From NCBI GenBank assembly GCA_964016885.1, contig OZ024741.1, positions 75,144,001 through 75,208,000 of the forward strand: a DNA stretch of 64,000 bases. The letters are read 5' to 3'. Within the stretch, counting starts at the first letter, position 1. Every line of letters starts with the position of its first letter. Origin of the DNA: Eledone cirrhosa (lineage: Eukaryota). Below the pieces are notes generated by a model. It ran no database searches, was not told the DNA's origin, and was given only the letters and a program-made list of their open reading frames with translations. Positions 26,602 through 38,983 of this stretch are shown in pieces. Both the position numbers and the translations under genes were made by a program.

Positions 26602-27597
26602 GCATCCCATCCGCTAACACGTAATCGCTTTTTTTTTGCTTTTTTTTTAATACGTGCTTACATTTGCTGTATCCGTGTGCTATTTTTGTCCTTTTGAAAA
26701 TACCACGTACGCCTCTGAGGTTGCTTTTGCTATACGTTATAAATGTTCAATGTCTCCGTTTTCCGCATTTATATGTTGCTATTACGCTTTGCTATCGATG
26801 TTGAATAGTTTTAACCTAATTAATCTACTTTTCCCTACATCTTATTTACACATTTTTTTGACATTCCAGCGTGATCTTGCCAAGGTCGTTTTTGTGGCCA
26901 CCGACTGTTACATGCTTTTCTAGGTTACAATCTCAAATAACAAGCAAAGCAAATTCGACACACCAAAGTGGTGTGAAGGACTTCTTAAGGGCCACCACCT
27001 CTAATCGGAGTCGTCTTTGCTGACAGCTCTGCCGCTGAGACTTTTAAGAGTGAACGATCCAAGGCCCTCTTCGGGGCCACCAAGTTTAAATTGTTACCAT
27101 CGTCTTTGCTGGCAGCACCGCCGCAGAAATATTTCAAAGTGAACGTTCAAAGGCGATCTTTAGAGCCAACACCTATAAATTGTTACTTTTATAGTCGTGT
27201 TTAACGGAAGTCTTTCGGTTCATTTAAACGACTACACCACTGAGAGTTATACCGGGCAACGCCGGGTACCTCTGCTAGTATATATATATATATATGTGTG
27301 TCCCCGATGGTAGCTAAGATGCTTCCATAGGCGGTATGCCAGTTGAGCACTCTATGCTCTTACAGAGCAGAGTATGATATAATATAAAATGAAAAATCAG
27401 TGATGCATCTGAACTCAATTTATTGTGCGTTACAATTGTTTCGCCGGTAGACAGCTCGAGACACGATCATTATGGGGTTCTAACAACGTTATTGGTTCTA
27501 CAGTAAATTGGTAAATACCATTGAATATGTAAATATATGAATATATATATATATATAAAGTGTTAAAGCAATCAAATCTTAGTTTAATACATATATT

Positions 27598-27644
27598 TGC
27601 TGACAATTGTTTCTTCCAGAGGGATGTCTGGAATCATCGGAGCA
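27598..27644 (-). ncRNA. Hammerhead ribozyme motif with one core substitution
   Basis: UGCU-CCGAUGA-UUCCAGA-CAUCCC-UCUGGAA-GAAAC-AAUU-GUC-AGCA; all three stems pair but the core is CCGAUGA instead of CUGAUGA. Confidence 0.7.
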
Positions 27645-28055
27645 TAGGGAATGTCTAAAGAGGTGATTAAAATCCTAGTCTTCAGGACATTTAGGTAGAT
27701 ACATAACTGTTGTCAGTGTCCTAGACATCATGTAGAGAATCAGGAGTTAAAAGAATGTTATGCTTCAGAGAACACAGTTACAAGGAGCAATGGTGAAAAG
27801 TGCAAAAGGTACAAGCAAAAAAAGTGACAAGCAAGAAAAAATGTAAGATAGGATAGACATAAGATATCATAGCATTGGAGTTCAGGTAATGTTAAGGGTA
27901 TATAATGCAAGAGTCAATACAATCAATAAGGCATGTATGAGGAAAGAGTTATATTACAGCTGAAATAAGCATATTTCGTGTAGAATGTAAAAGCATGTTA
28001 CAAGTGTTAAAAATGTTTTAATTTTTTTAAATGGCGTGCTATATGGTAGGGAGAC

Positions 28056-30711
28056 CAGCGCTGCCGATGACTGTACGTTCGTACAAAACTGTACGTTTTG
28101 CTGAAAATGTTGATGTGCTGTACGTTCGGACGAATTTGCTGTACGTTTTAGTGATCTTGCCATCGGTTTATAAAATTCATATTTTGACGCATTGATTGAG
28201 TGCATTTTCACAACGCGCGTTTCGGAGTTTCACAAAAATAAAAGCACGTGAGAATGCAGACGAGACTTGTGCATGCAAGCGCGTGTTGACTTATGAGGTC
28301 AAGGGCGTCTGTAAATTTTGGGGAAGTATATGTCCAGTTTACCACGCCATATCTGTCATAACGCAGGAATTTTTCTCACAAACTGGTGAGAAAAGTTTGA
28401 TAGATTAGATTTAATTTTACAGAGCTAATTTATACAACCACGCCATATCAGTTTGAACACAAAAGCAGAATTCTTATAACCTACAGTGTAAACGGTATGT
28501 GATGTTTTTAATAGTTTAATTAATTCAAATAAATCTTATAGAACTAACTTGAACCAGATATGAGTGATAGAACTGTGAAACGAGAACATTCTTCAGATAA
28601 CGAACGTAAAGAAGAAGGCTAGATGGGCATCGTATGAAAGGCAGCTTCCGTTCAAATTGTTGTACGATGAAAATTTTTCTTCTTGGTTGGAAGTGGGCAA
28701 GAACGATACAACTAAAGGCAAATGTATATTTTGCAAATGTGAAATTGCCGGCAGTTTGAGTCAAATTTTACGACATCAGCAGACAGAAAAGCACCGCAAG
28801 AATGCAAAAGAAGCGAACAAAGCAACGTAATTGACAAATTTTATCCAAGCCTCTTTGTTTTCTTCACACTCCAGGAAAGTAGTATCTGCTGAATTAAAGT
28901 ACTCTGCATTTGTTGCTGAGCATAATCTACCCATCTCTATTTTGGACCAATTGCCTGGCCTTATTGTAAACGCCTGTCCTGATTCTAAAATCGCCCAGGA
29001 TGTGAAGTGTGCCAGAACAAAAGGCACATCCATCTTTTCAAACGTTGTCAGCCCCTATGGCTTCAACACTTTATTAAAGAAGCTTCATTCGACAAAATTC
29101 TCCCTCATCATCGATGAAACAACTGATGTTTCAACACTTAAACAACTCGTCCTTGTATCCAGATATTACGACGTTGAAATTCAAAAGACTGTCGACGATT
29201 TTCTAACGCTTATAGAAATAAATGATTGCAGTGCTGTGGGTATTTACAACTGTCTTCTATCGTTTTTCAACGAATACGCTATTCCTTTGGAAAAGTTGAT
29301 AGGTTTCGCTTGTGATAATGCGAGTGTTATGATGGGCAGCAAAGGAGGCGTCCAGCATTTGTTGAAGCAGACGAGACCAGATCTACTTGTGCAAGCCTGT
29401 GTTTGTCTTTCATTACAAGCGTGCAATGAATTACCAAAATCCGTGGAAGAATTGACAAGAAGTATTCATGCATACTTTAGTCACAGTCCTAAGCGGTTCA
29501 ATGAATACAAAGTCTGCAGAAAATAGCTTCAATTGATCCTCACAAAATCCTGCATGCAAGCAAGTTGTGGAGCGTATTTTAAAGCAGTGGCCAGCATTGC
29601 TGGTATATTTCACCCAAGCAACATTAGAGGATGGGTGTCTGTCTACGGCTCGAAGAATTCTCACTGAAATGAAGAATCCTCTTACAAAGATGTATTTTGC
29701 ATTTCTATCTTTTATTTTAAATGACGTCAACAAACTTAATATGGAATTCCAAGCCGAAAGCTATCGGATGCATAAAATCAAAAGAGCAATCGACGCTGGA
29801 ATGAAGGGAATTTTGAGCAATTTCATTGAACCTGATTTACTTTCTGTCATCAATGTGTGTGAGATTAATGTCAACGATTCAACGGCACACCAACCACTAG
29901 ATCGTATCTACTTTGGTGCTGTAGCTAAGAGCATTTTACACGACAATTGTACCACCATTGCCCTTGAAGAATTGCTGGCCTTCCGACAGAATACACTACC
30001 ATTCTTTGTTAGTCTTTCAAACCAAATGCTAATGCGGTTTTTGTCTTGCAATATGCAGAACAATTTGGAACTACTTGAGGCGTTAGACCCAACCAACGTG
30101 ATAGAGGGAAGGCGAGGTCAATAATTCCACTTGTTTTGCGATTTCCAAGTCTTTGTGATGAGAAAGATTACGAAGAGATAAATCAGGAATGGCGCCACCT
30201 GACGATTCAAGGTTCTTCCTTCATCCCGCACAACGATCCAGAAAATTGTTGGTTTGCTGTCTCACAAGAGAAGTGTGGCGATGAGAACCGTTACCCTCTG
30301 CTGTCATCTCTTATGCTTAGTCTTATTTCTTTACCCCACTCCTCCGCAGCGGCTGAAAGAATTTTCTCTGTTCTCCACTATTAAAACAAAGAATCGAAAT
30401 TGTTTGAAAACTTCCACTCTTAACGCTCTTGTTATGTCGAAATATTTGTTACGACATGCCGACTGCACGACGTGTGAGTCTGATGAACATCTTTGCAAAG
30501 CAATATTTGAAAAGAATTGGTACAACAGAGAATCTGCTCAGGAAGATGGTGTTTCTTTTTGATGCCCTTATGTTTAAATTGTCAATAAATGTTGTTAACT
30601 TAAAAAATATGTATAAAAAGAGTGTTTTTGATTGTAATTGGGGGGTTTAGTAAAATTCTGTACGTTTTGGTCAGATTCTGTACGTTTTGAAAAAAACTTT
30701 CGGCAGCGCTT
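28056..30711 (+). mobile_element. hAT-superfamily DNA transposon
   Basis: TIRs cagcgctgccga / tcggcagcgctt; 8-bp TSD agggagac (28048-55 and 30712-19); subterminal ctgtacgtt repeats at both ends. Confidence 0.93.
28690..30562 (+). pseudogene. hAT transposase, disrupted
   Basis: Zinc-finger-like CIFC...HQQTEKH, FSLIIDETTD, FACDNASVM, and the dimerisation motif SLPHSSAAAERIFS; stops and frameshifts present. Confidence 0.9.
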
Positions 30712-31104
30712 AGGGAGACATGTAATGATAAAATAGGTATATGTTATGTGAGATGTAATGCAAAGCACGCGATTGAATTGGATAGATAATTTTCATTCAA
30801 GAATTTTTATATATTGGAGTTCGTATATAGATGTGTATATTGGGTGTAATTCAGATGTATTAACCATGGCATTTTCTTAGTTTGAGATGTAATTTTTTGA
30901 GATGCGTATAGTTTATAGATATGTGTTTGGTAAAATTAAATTCCACTGAATTGCAGGCCATGTTGTTATAGTAAGTATATTATACTATGCATTCCTATCT
31001 TCAAATTTTCTATTAAGGAATATTAGGGTTTGCTTTATGTGCGAGTTGCATTAATCGTTATTAGGCTGCTGATAAGCCGTTAAGTTGTTTTAAGTTGTTA
31101 TTAC

Positions 31105-31156
<52 letters not shown>

Positions 31157-31294
31157 CAACCTCTTGTGAATACTTCTTATTATGAATAGTTTTAGCGTAC
31201 GGCGTTGTTTGATTCAACAAGAGGTTTACGTAGATGACGAGTTTATGATTTCACTTGTATTCCTATGTAAGTTTATCTTGGAGTAATAAAATAA

Positions 31295-31594
31295 TAAAAT
31301 TGAAAAAGTGGAGAATAACATGGTCAACAGTACAAAAAAGGAGGATTTATTTTCAGTCTAACAATTGTTTCTCTGATAAAGTTGTCTAACAATTGCTGAA
31401 CACTAAAAGCAGTGCCACTCAATTTCAAATACGATGCTAGCTCGATCAGACAGATCTTCAGAAACAGTTTCTGAAGATCTGATCGAGCTAGTGTTCAGCA
31501 ATTGTTAGACAACTTTATCAGAGAAACAATTGTTAGACTGTAAATAAATCCTCCTTTTTTGTACTGTTGGCCATGTTATTCTCCACTTTTTCAA

Positions 31595-31600
<6 letters not shown>
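31295..31600. repeat. Head-to-head pLTR palindrome (family D) centred at ~31466
   Basis: aattgaaaaagtggagaataacatgg...agatcttcagaaac-a-gtttctgaagatct...ccatgttattctccactttttcaatt. The left arm extends unpaired to ~31152; a homolog lies at ~58345-58680. Confidence 0.85.
31464..31541 (+). ncRNA. Type I hammerhead ribozyme motif
   Basis: acagttt-CTGAAGA-tctgat...atcaga-GAAAC-aatt-GTT-agactgt: 7-bp stem I, 6-bp stem II, palindromic AAUU loop III. Mirror copy on the minus strand at ~31354-31466. Confidence 0.8.
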
Positions 31601-31651
<51 letters not shown>

Positions 31652-31657
<6 letters not shown>

Positions 31658-31903
31658 AAAGAATAGAGGTGTAACACACAAGTTATTATATATTGGTAAA
31701 CGGAATAGAAAATACTGACAAATTGTTCACAGTTGAAAAATGGTTTAATTAGGAATAAAAGAGTATTAGTAATTGTATGGGTTAGTATTCAGTTGTGGTT
31801 TTAAGTTTTTAAGTTTTTACCGGTTGCGCATTTCTAAATGCTTTTCAAAAATAATTTTGAGATAGAGTGTCCGTGTTCAAACAACACGGACACTCTATCT
31901 CAA
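31652..31903 (-). mobile_element. pLTR end of family C, head-to-head with the full-length PLE
   Basis: Homologous to 42847-43070 and 61650-61840; its 3' end abuts the (TA)n run at 31600-31652. Confidence 0.65.
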
Positions 31904-34900
31904 AATTACCCCTTGAGAAGCTCGGCTATTTAAATACCAGGATAAATTTTCATTTAGTCCAGAATTAGCCGTCGAAACGGCTTGAGCTCAGCCGTCGGGG
32001 TCTTACTGGTTCCTATTACCCACTCTACTACCCTAAGTATTGAGTACTTTGGTGCGTTATGGTCCACCTGGTTCCTTACCACATTTCCTTCGTTATCTAG
32101 CTCCTATTCCCGTAGTATAGCACTTTCCGACCCTACCACTCCGTATCCAGACTTTTCCGCTAAGCTCCATTCCTTTCACCCGCACCATGCGAAAACACAA
32201 CATTGACTTCTCTACCAAGAACATCCCAATCCCACCGAAAAAACTTTACCTTCGGATGCTCACGCAAAAAATCGATCTATTTGCGAAAAGACTTAGATGG
32301 AGAACTTTTTTCTATGACAGATATTGCGACAACCAGGACTTCGGCGCCAAGGAGAGATTCGGATTTATTACCTACAAATCCCCCCCCCCCCCGAACCCTT
32401 TGCTCTCACCTTTCGAGAATGACCTCTTCCAACTGGTCAAGAACATTAAATTTAAACCCAGACACAACCCATTCCTGCAAAAACTCCGTAGCAACTTAAC
32501 AGAGTATGATAACACCAATGACATCATGGTGTATTCGGATAAAACTGGGAACCTATACTTTGTCAACCCTGACAGATACCACACACTGATCAGGAGCAGC
32601 CTAAACTCCACCTATAAAAAGGCCAACCACTCTTGCATCAAGGACATAAATCGAGATGGACAACAAATTACCTCCAACCTCGGAGTCGCCGACCGCACGG
32701 AACCCCTAGACCCACGGACACCACACTTCACACTGAAGGACCATAAATCCGATTTTGACCGTAAACCCTCTATCAGGCTTATTAACCCAACGAAGTCCGA
32801 CATAGGGAGAATCAGCAAAAAAATCCTAGACCGCGTGATACCAAAAGTCAAGCAACACGCTCGACTTAGCCTATGGATCAACACCCAGGAAGTAATCTCA
32901 TGGTTCAGCAATATGGAGGATAAACGAGACATTAAATTCATACAGTTCGACATAGAGAGCTACTATGCTTCAATCACCTTACCGCTACTTACTGCCGCCT
33001 TGGACTTCGCCGAAACACTTGTGCCCATCACCGACCAGGAAAGAAAAATCATCCTCCACGCCAGGAAGACAGTCTTACTCTTTGACGACTCTAAATAGAT
33101 AAAAAGAGCTCCCGACTCACCCTTCGACGTCAGCATGGGCGCCACGGATTCGGCGGAGGTCACAGATCTTATAGGATTATTCCTAATAGCCAAACTCACC
33201 GATATGTTTCCTGCATTCGGTGGTGGATTGTACCGTGATGATGGGCTCCTTACCCTTAAAGGGTACAACCCCAGTAGTACAGATCGGGTCCGGAAACAAT
33301 TAATCAGCTTCTTCCGCGACTGGGGATTTAAAATAATCCTACAAACGTCCCTGACCCGAGTAAACTTCCTGGACGTGACCCTCGACCTCGAAAACGACCT
33401 GTACTACCCATACAGGAAACCTAATGACAACCTGCACTACATCCACCGCCGATCAAACCATCCTAGGAACATCACCAACAACCTGGTCAAAAACATCTCC
33501 CTCCGCATATCCCGTTTGTCAGCTAATGAGCGGATATTCGATGAACATGCGCCTTATTACAACCAGGCCCTCAAGCGGAGTGGTTTCTGGGAGGAAATAT
33601 CCTACTGTCCAGCTCCCATTAGCGGAACCACCAGAAGACACCGCCGCTCACGCAATGTAACATGGTTCAATCCTCCCCACAACGCAGAGGTGACAACTCC
33701 CATCGGGAAACTATTCTTTAGGCTCATTGAAAAACACTTCCCACTACAACACCGCTACCACAACATAATTAACAAAAATACCATCAAACTCTCTTACAGC
33801 ACTACACCAAACTTCGCACAAAACATCGTCTCCTCTAACAACAAAAAACTCAACCCCGATGGAAGAAATAACCTAAATAGCAGTGGAGAGCCGACCAGGA
33901 GGTGCAACTGTCCGGATAGATCCATTTGCCCACTCGACAATAGAGGCAGAAACCGTAATGTGATCTACCAGTGCAACGTGAGGACGGATACCTCCAACAA
34001 AGCTTATATAGGACTAACCGCATGTGACTTCAAGACCCGGCTATACCAATATAGACATACCTTCCGAAACCCGGCCCGGCGTCACGCCACTACACTTTCG
34101 GGCCACATATGGGACCTCAAGGACAACAACATCACCTATGATCTCACTTGGAGATTACTGTCCAGAGCCAATTCTTACACGGGAAGACGCCGTCCGTGCA
34201 ATTTATGCTCGGAGGAAACTTTACAAATGCTGTTTTCGACGGACCAACTCCTAAACAAGAAAGATGAACTGGTTACTGCATGTAAACATAGATTGCGTAG
34301 GACTTACCTCGCCCTCAAACCCCATAATGACCCGGGGGGGGGGGTAGACTAGGGCTATAATACCCCACTTGCCGATTTTGCAATGGGTAACCCCTGCTTG
34401 CCAAGGGAGACGTAAGATCTTCTTTTTATTCTTTTATCGCTTCCTTTATTTCCCTCTTCCCCCATCCCTCCTTAGTCCTTCTACCCCAGTTCTTCTTCTT
34501 TGTCGGCGTCTTTTCTCGCCCACCCGAGGCTGCCCTTTGGCCCCTTGTAGCCTCAGTACTCCCACTCCCTCCTGATAGATTTGGCGGACTCCGCTTTTTA
34601 TAGCAGTTGTGTTAGACCCCGGATACTTGCCCCCTTTTCCGACCGCTCCCCCTATTTTCCGTGCCTTCTATATTTCTTATTGGCACTTATGCCTTATTTT
34701 CTCGTTTCAGTATTTCTTTCTTCTCTTTTCTTTTGGGCGGGGTGGATTCTGAATTTATTTTTTATACCTTTACTTCGTACGAACTTTCATGTAGCTTGTA
34801 TAAGATATTTTGTAAGGCGGCGGTACCTTTAGAGTTAGCATTAGTATATATTTTTTTCGGGTCTCAGAATTATTATCTAGTTTACTTTGCTGCACTGGGT

Positions 34901-35619
34901 GGTTGCTGGCCTGGTGCCCGGGATAGAAACCTTTATTATTTATTTCGTGGTAGTTTCTTTAGTATTTTGGCCCCATTTGTTGACCCGTCACCGTATGATT
35001 TACGTACTTATACCTCTTAAAAGGGTCCTTGCCTATTCCGTCCCACCTAGTTTATTTACTTATTTCGTTATTTCTTTATTTCTTTATTTATTTTTCTAGC
35101 CTAACAATAGCCAGAGACTTAGGTCGTAGAACTTGCTTTTATACTCTTTTTTCTTTACACTTATTCGCTTTTCATAACTCTCAGTAATTTTTCTTTCATA
35201 TATATATTTTTTACCCCTCATTGTTCTACCTACCGTTTCGACTTCCTCCCCCTCCCCCTCCCCAGTATCTTCTTTGACCTCATGCTCAGCTGTAGCTGGC
35301 ACTACCAACGCATGATTGGGTCTACTCTACCCCCTCCCCTTTTTCTCCCACTGGCAGGTTTAGCCACCATCTCCCCTACTAATTTGCAATCACAGAATTA
35401 CTACTACCTTTTGACAATCACTTTGACCATATATGGAATTACCCCTTAAGAAGCTCGGCTATTTAAATACCAGGATAAATTTTCATTTAGTCCAGAATTA
35501 GCCGTCGAAACGGCTTGAGTTCAGCCGTCGGGGTCTTACTGGTTCCTATTACCCACTCTACTACCCTAAGTATTGAGTACTTTGGTGCGTTATGGTCCAC
35601 CTGGTTCCTTACCACATTT

Positions 35620-35620
<1 letters not shown>
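31904..35620 (+). mobile_element. Penelope-like element (probably Naiad-type) with direct pLTRs at 31904-32087 and 35437-35620
   Basis: 184-bp direct repeats (two differences seen) flank an RT + GIY-YIG ORF and a ~1.1-kb pyrimidine-rich 3' region; ends in (TA)n. Confidence 0.93.
32187..34352 (+). pseudogene. PLE reverse transcriptase + GIY-YIG endonuclease, single in-frame TAG at 33096-98
   Basis: ORFs 32187-33098 and 33135-34352 are in the same frame. Motifs KNIPIP, SDKT, QFDIESYY, SMGA, LYRDDGL, FLDVTL, CNC-x5-CPL, VIY...YIG, CNLC. Confidence 0.93.
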
Positions 35621-35674
<54 letters not shown>

Positions 35675-35679
<5 letters not shown>

Positions 35680-36630
35680 CAGCAAGCAAACAGCCACAGG
35701 AAACAAGTACCACCAATCTCTGGGAGGGCCCTGTAGAAACAGTAGACAGCTTCTGCTACCTAGGTGACCGAATTAGCAACGGAGGTGGGTGCTCAGAAAG
35801 TACAATAACTAGGGTAAGAACGGGATGGAAGAAGTTTAGGGAACTACTACCACTGCTAGCTGCAAAAGGCTTCTCCCTCAGAATGAAAGGCAGACTGTAT
35901 GATGCGTGTATCCGAACAGCGATGTTGCATGGTAGTGAGACCTGGGCGCTGAAGGTGGAAGACTTACGTAGATTAGAGAGAAACGAAGCCTGCATGCTCC
36001 GATGGATGTGTAACAGTAATATACGTGAACGACAAAGCATAAAGGAATTGAGAGAGAGACTGAGCATAAGAGGAATCAAATGCTGCGTGCAGGAGAGGCG
36101 GTTACGCTGGTATGGACATGTGATGCGTATGAAGGATGACAGCTGCATAAAAAGGTGCAGAGCACTAGAAGTTGATGGAAACCGCGGAGTGGGGAGACCC
36201 AAGATGACTTGGGATGAGGTGATAAAAGCCGACCTTACCCAACTACACCTCTCAAAGTCAATGACACACGACCGTGACTTCTGGCGTCACGCAGTAATAC
36301 AGGGTACCCGACCTCCCATGGGTACATGCTGAAGCATATAAACAATATGCCCCCCCCCCACCGCAAGGTGGCCGTGGAGGTGCCACGGCAAAAAAGCACC
36401 CAGCCCACACTGTAAAGTGGACGTGTAGGCGCCACGAAAAAGCACCCAGCACTCACTGTAAATGAGGTTGGTGTTAGGAAGGGCATCCAGCTGTAGAAAT
36501 CAAGCCAGATCAGTTCCTGTATGAGCAAGGCATGGTCAGCCGACCAGACACTGCCCACAACAGGACAACCCGTCTAACCCATGCTAGCGTGGAAGAACGG
36601 ACGTAAAACGGTGATGATGATGATGATGAT
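35675..36630 (+). mobile_element. 5'-truncated RTE LINE with (GAT)n tail
   Basis: VDSFCYLGD...RVRTGWKKFREL...MLHGSETW...RRLRWYGHVMR...GRPKMTWDEV. Confidence 0.92.
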
Positions 36631-37020
36631 ATATGATATATATATATATAAGAAAATGTTCAAGACCCCGACGCCGGAGCTCAAGCCGTTTCGACGGCTA
36701 TTTCTGAGTCCAGTAATAGCTGGTGTTGCGTTTTCAGCCAATGTTACATAGAATTCACAGGGGTGGATTTCTATTTTCGCTTGCTTTCTAGCTAGCCTAT
36801 TTCATCCACACTCCTTAGGATTTGGTGTATAGTTTTTACTTTTCACGCTTGACCGGCTTCACCCACTCCCTCATTGATCTACAGGCAAATTCAGCCACCC
36901 CCACCGCCATGAAAGATGTAACTGTGTTTACAAGAAACTGTGTTCTGTCCTACGCCATCTTGTCAAGATGGCGTAGGACAGAACAAAGGAGAGGCACAAA
37001 AACAAAGAAAAGAATCACCA

Positions 37021-37063
37021 GTCACTGAAGAGGTCACATAATGTGTGACGAAAGAACTTTGAC
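37021..37063 (+). ncRNA. Minimal type I hammerhead motif (pLTR family B)
   Basis: gtca-CTGAAGA-ggtcacataatgtgtgac-GAAA-gaactt-tgac: stem I GUCA/UGAC, stem II GUCACA/UGUGAC. Confidence 0.72.
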
Positions 37064-37211
37064 AATATATAAACAATCGTCTGGTTGTGGAACCAACCAA
37101 CCAACCGGAAATTTATAAATTCTTAAATTTATAAATTTAATTTATAATAAATTGGAGTGAAAGCAACTGGTGCATATGTTTCTTATTGGCAACATGACCC
37201 TCCCAAAGCAT

Positions 37212-37277
<66 letters not shown>

Positions 37278-37278
37278 T

Positions 37279-37680
37279 TTCAATGAAAACAGAAGGCCGG
37301 ATTCCAAATATTCCTTTAATTTCTATGGCCCGCTTGTGTCATCAGATCATGATGCAAGACATTTTGTGACGTCACCAAGTGCAAATTACAAAGACCAAGT
37401 GATAAATTACTGGATTGCAACAAACATAAACTGAGAATAGAATTGACACGGAGGTCTGACAGTCAGTGTGACTACTGATGCGGAAACCGTCCGTCAAAAT
37501 AGTCACACTGACTGGTAGACCACTACCCTATCAATTCTATTCCCTGTTTATGTTTGTCGTAATCTAGCAATTGCTGGATTTACACACATCACCACATATC
37601 ATGCGTCATGATCTGAACATATTGTGAATTTTTGAAACATTAAAGGAATATTTTGAATCTGGCGATCTATTCTCATTGAA
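37279..37680. repeat. Diverged inverted repeat (~200-bp arms)
   Basis: ttcaatga...aatattcctttaat...tcagatcatga...caaacataaac...gaatagaattga...cagtcagtgtgacta is mirrored on the right side of a ~23-bp spacer. Confidence 0.7.
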
Positions 37681-38029
37681 GTTTTTAACTCCGTTCCTCC
37701 ACCAACCAGGAGATACTACATCTACGACGGATGATACGCATAACGTTGAGTGCTTTTGTTTATAGCATTAAGGTCTGTTATTTCGAATGAACTGATCTGC
37801 CCATTACGTAAACCAACCAACGCACGCACAAACATAATACAAATACGTGGCTTCACTGTATATTGTACAACAGACACATGATTTCATTCCTGCAGTATAT
37901 TATAGAATAATACAATATATAAGCATTTCCCCATTGTATGGTGTACAAGAGATTTGGTTTTATTCAAGTAGTGTTTACACACACACACACATATATATAT
38001 ATAATCATAAATATATTCACATATACAGA

Positions 38030-38069
<40 letters not shown>

Positions 38070-38104
38070 TATATATATATAATTATATATATAATTATAT
38101 ATAA

Positions 38105-38295
38105 CTAAGGAGTTGTGGTAAGGAACCAGATGGACCATAACGCACCAGAGTACTCGATACTTAGGGTAATCGAGTGGGTAATAGTTTAACCCCGACGGCA
38201 GAGCTCAAGCTGTTTCGACGGCTATTTCTGGACTATTTTAGACCAGAAATAGCCGTCGAAACGGATTGAGCTCTGCCGTCGGGGTCAAACTTTCT
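38105..38295. repeat. Head-to-head family A pLTR remnant between (TA)n runs
   Basis: Reverse copy of 31965-32087 folding back at gacggctatttctgg...ccagaaatagccgtc. Confidence 0.85.
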
Positions 38296-38303
38296 CCTAT
38301 AAT

Positions 38304-38337
<34 letters not shown>

Positions 38338-38905
38338 GAAGTGGTTACACAACAGTTAGTTCACCATACCGAGAATAATTGTTTCACCTTAGCAGATCAT
38401 CAGCTCGTAATGGACATGGTTAAATAGAACAGGAAGGACAACCGTACGTACGCGCATGCGCAGAAACGATCACTTCACACACGCAATACTAAATTGCGTG
38501 CGAGAGGTGTAAGGGAGATAACTGTGAAAGTCCGAAAGTTTCTAGTTGATAAGAAAATTAGGATGTTGTTGTAATTCAATCCGGAGCTTTGTAGTTATGT
38601 AAGAGGTGTTTCCAGACGTGTGGACAACGTGTGAAGAATCCATTTCTCGTGTTTAGGCAATCACTATTGCGTAATCTCTTTAGAATATTTATTAGTTCAT
38701 CAATACATAGTCCACACGACGGATTGCCCCTTGCGTATGGCTTGGACTTAATGATGGCTTTCCATTGAATGGAGTAGTCTATACTTGAGTCCTTGAGGGA
38801 CCATACGTGGCTCGCGAGTTTCGTGGATGAACGTCTGTCCGGGTACCTAAAGGTCGACTGGTGGTTCAGGAAGCGTTCCTTAAATCGGCCCTCCGCCATA
38901 CCCAC
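38338..38905 (-). mobile_element. 5'-truncated PLE: GIY-YIG C-terminus plus 3' pLTR with HHR-like motif at 38370-38407
   Basis: FVGMAEGRFKERFLNHQSTF...TKLASHVWSLKD...CGLCIDE...CPH. Minus strand CGAG-CUGAUGA-UCUGCUAAGGU-GAAAC-AAUU-AUU-CUCG. Confidence 0.85.
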
Positions 38906-38940
38906 AAAGGAGAGGCACAAAACAAAGAAAAGAATCCCCA

Positions 38941-38983
38941 GTCACTGAAGAGGTCACAGAATGTGTGACGAAAGAATTTTGAC
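38941..38983 (+). ncRNA. Minimal type I hammerhead motif (pLTR family B)
   Basis: Paralog of 37021-37063 with the same stems I and II. Confidence 0.68.

Larger units (their letters stand above)
21105..27278 (+). mobile_element. Helitron (autonomous-type, decayed)
   Basis: RepHel coding remnants; 3' hairpin ccgg-gcaacg-ccgg followed by CTAG|T at 27275-78. The 5' end merges into (TA)n (atataaaacagaagatgtctgtctg) and its TC is not resolvable. Confidence 0.93.

Noticed and set aside
33096-33098. Possible selenocysteine recoding in the PLE ORF
   Set aside because: The codon is TAG, not TGA, and aligns with Trp in the paralog.
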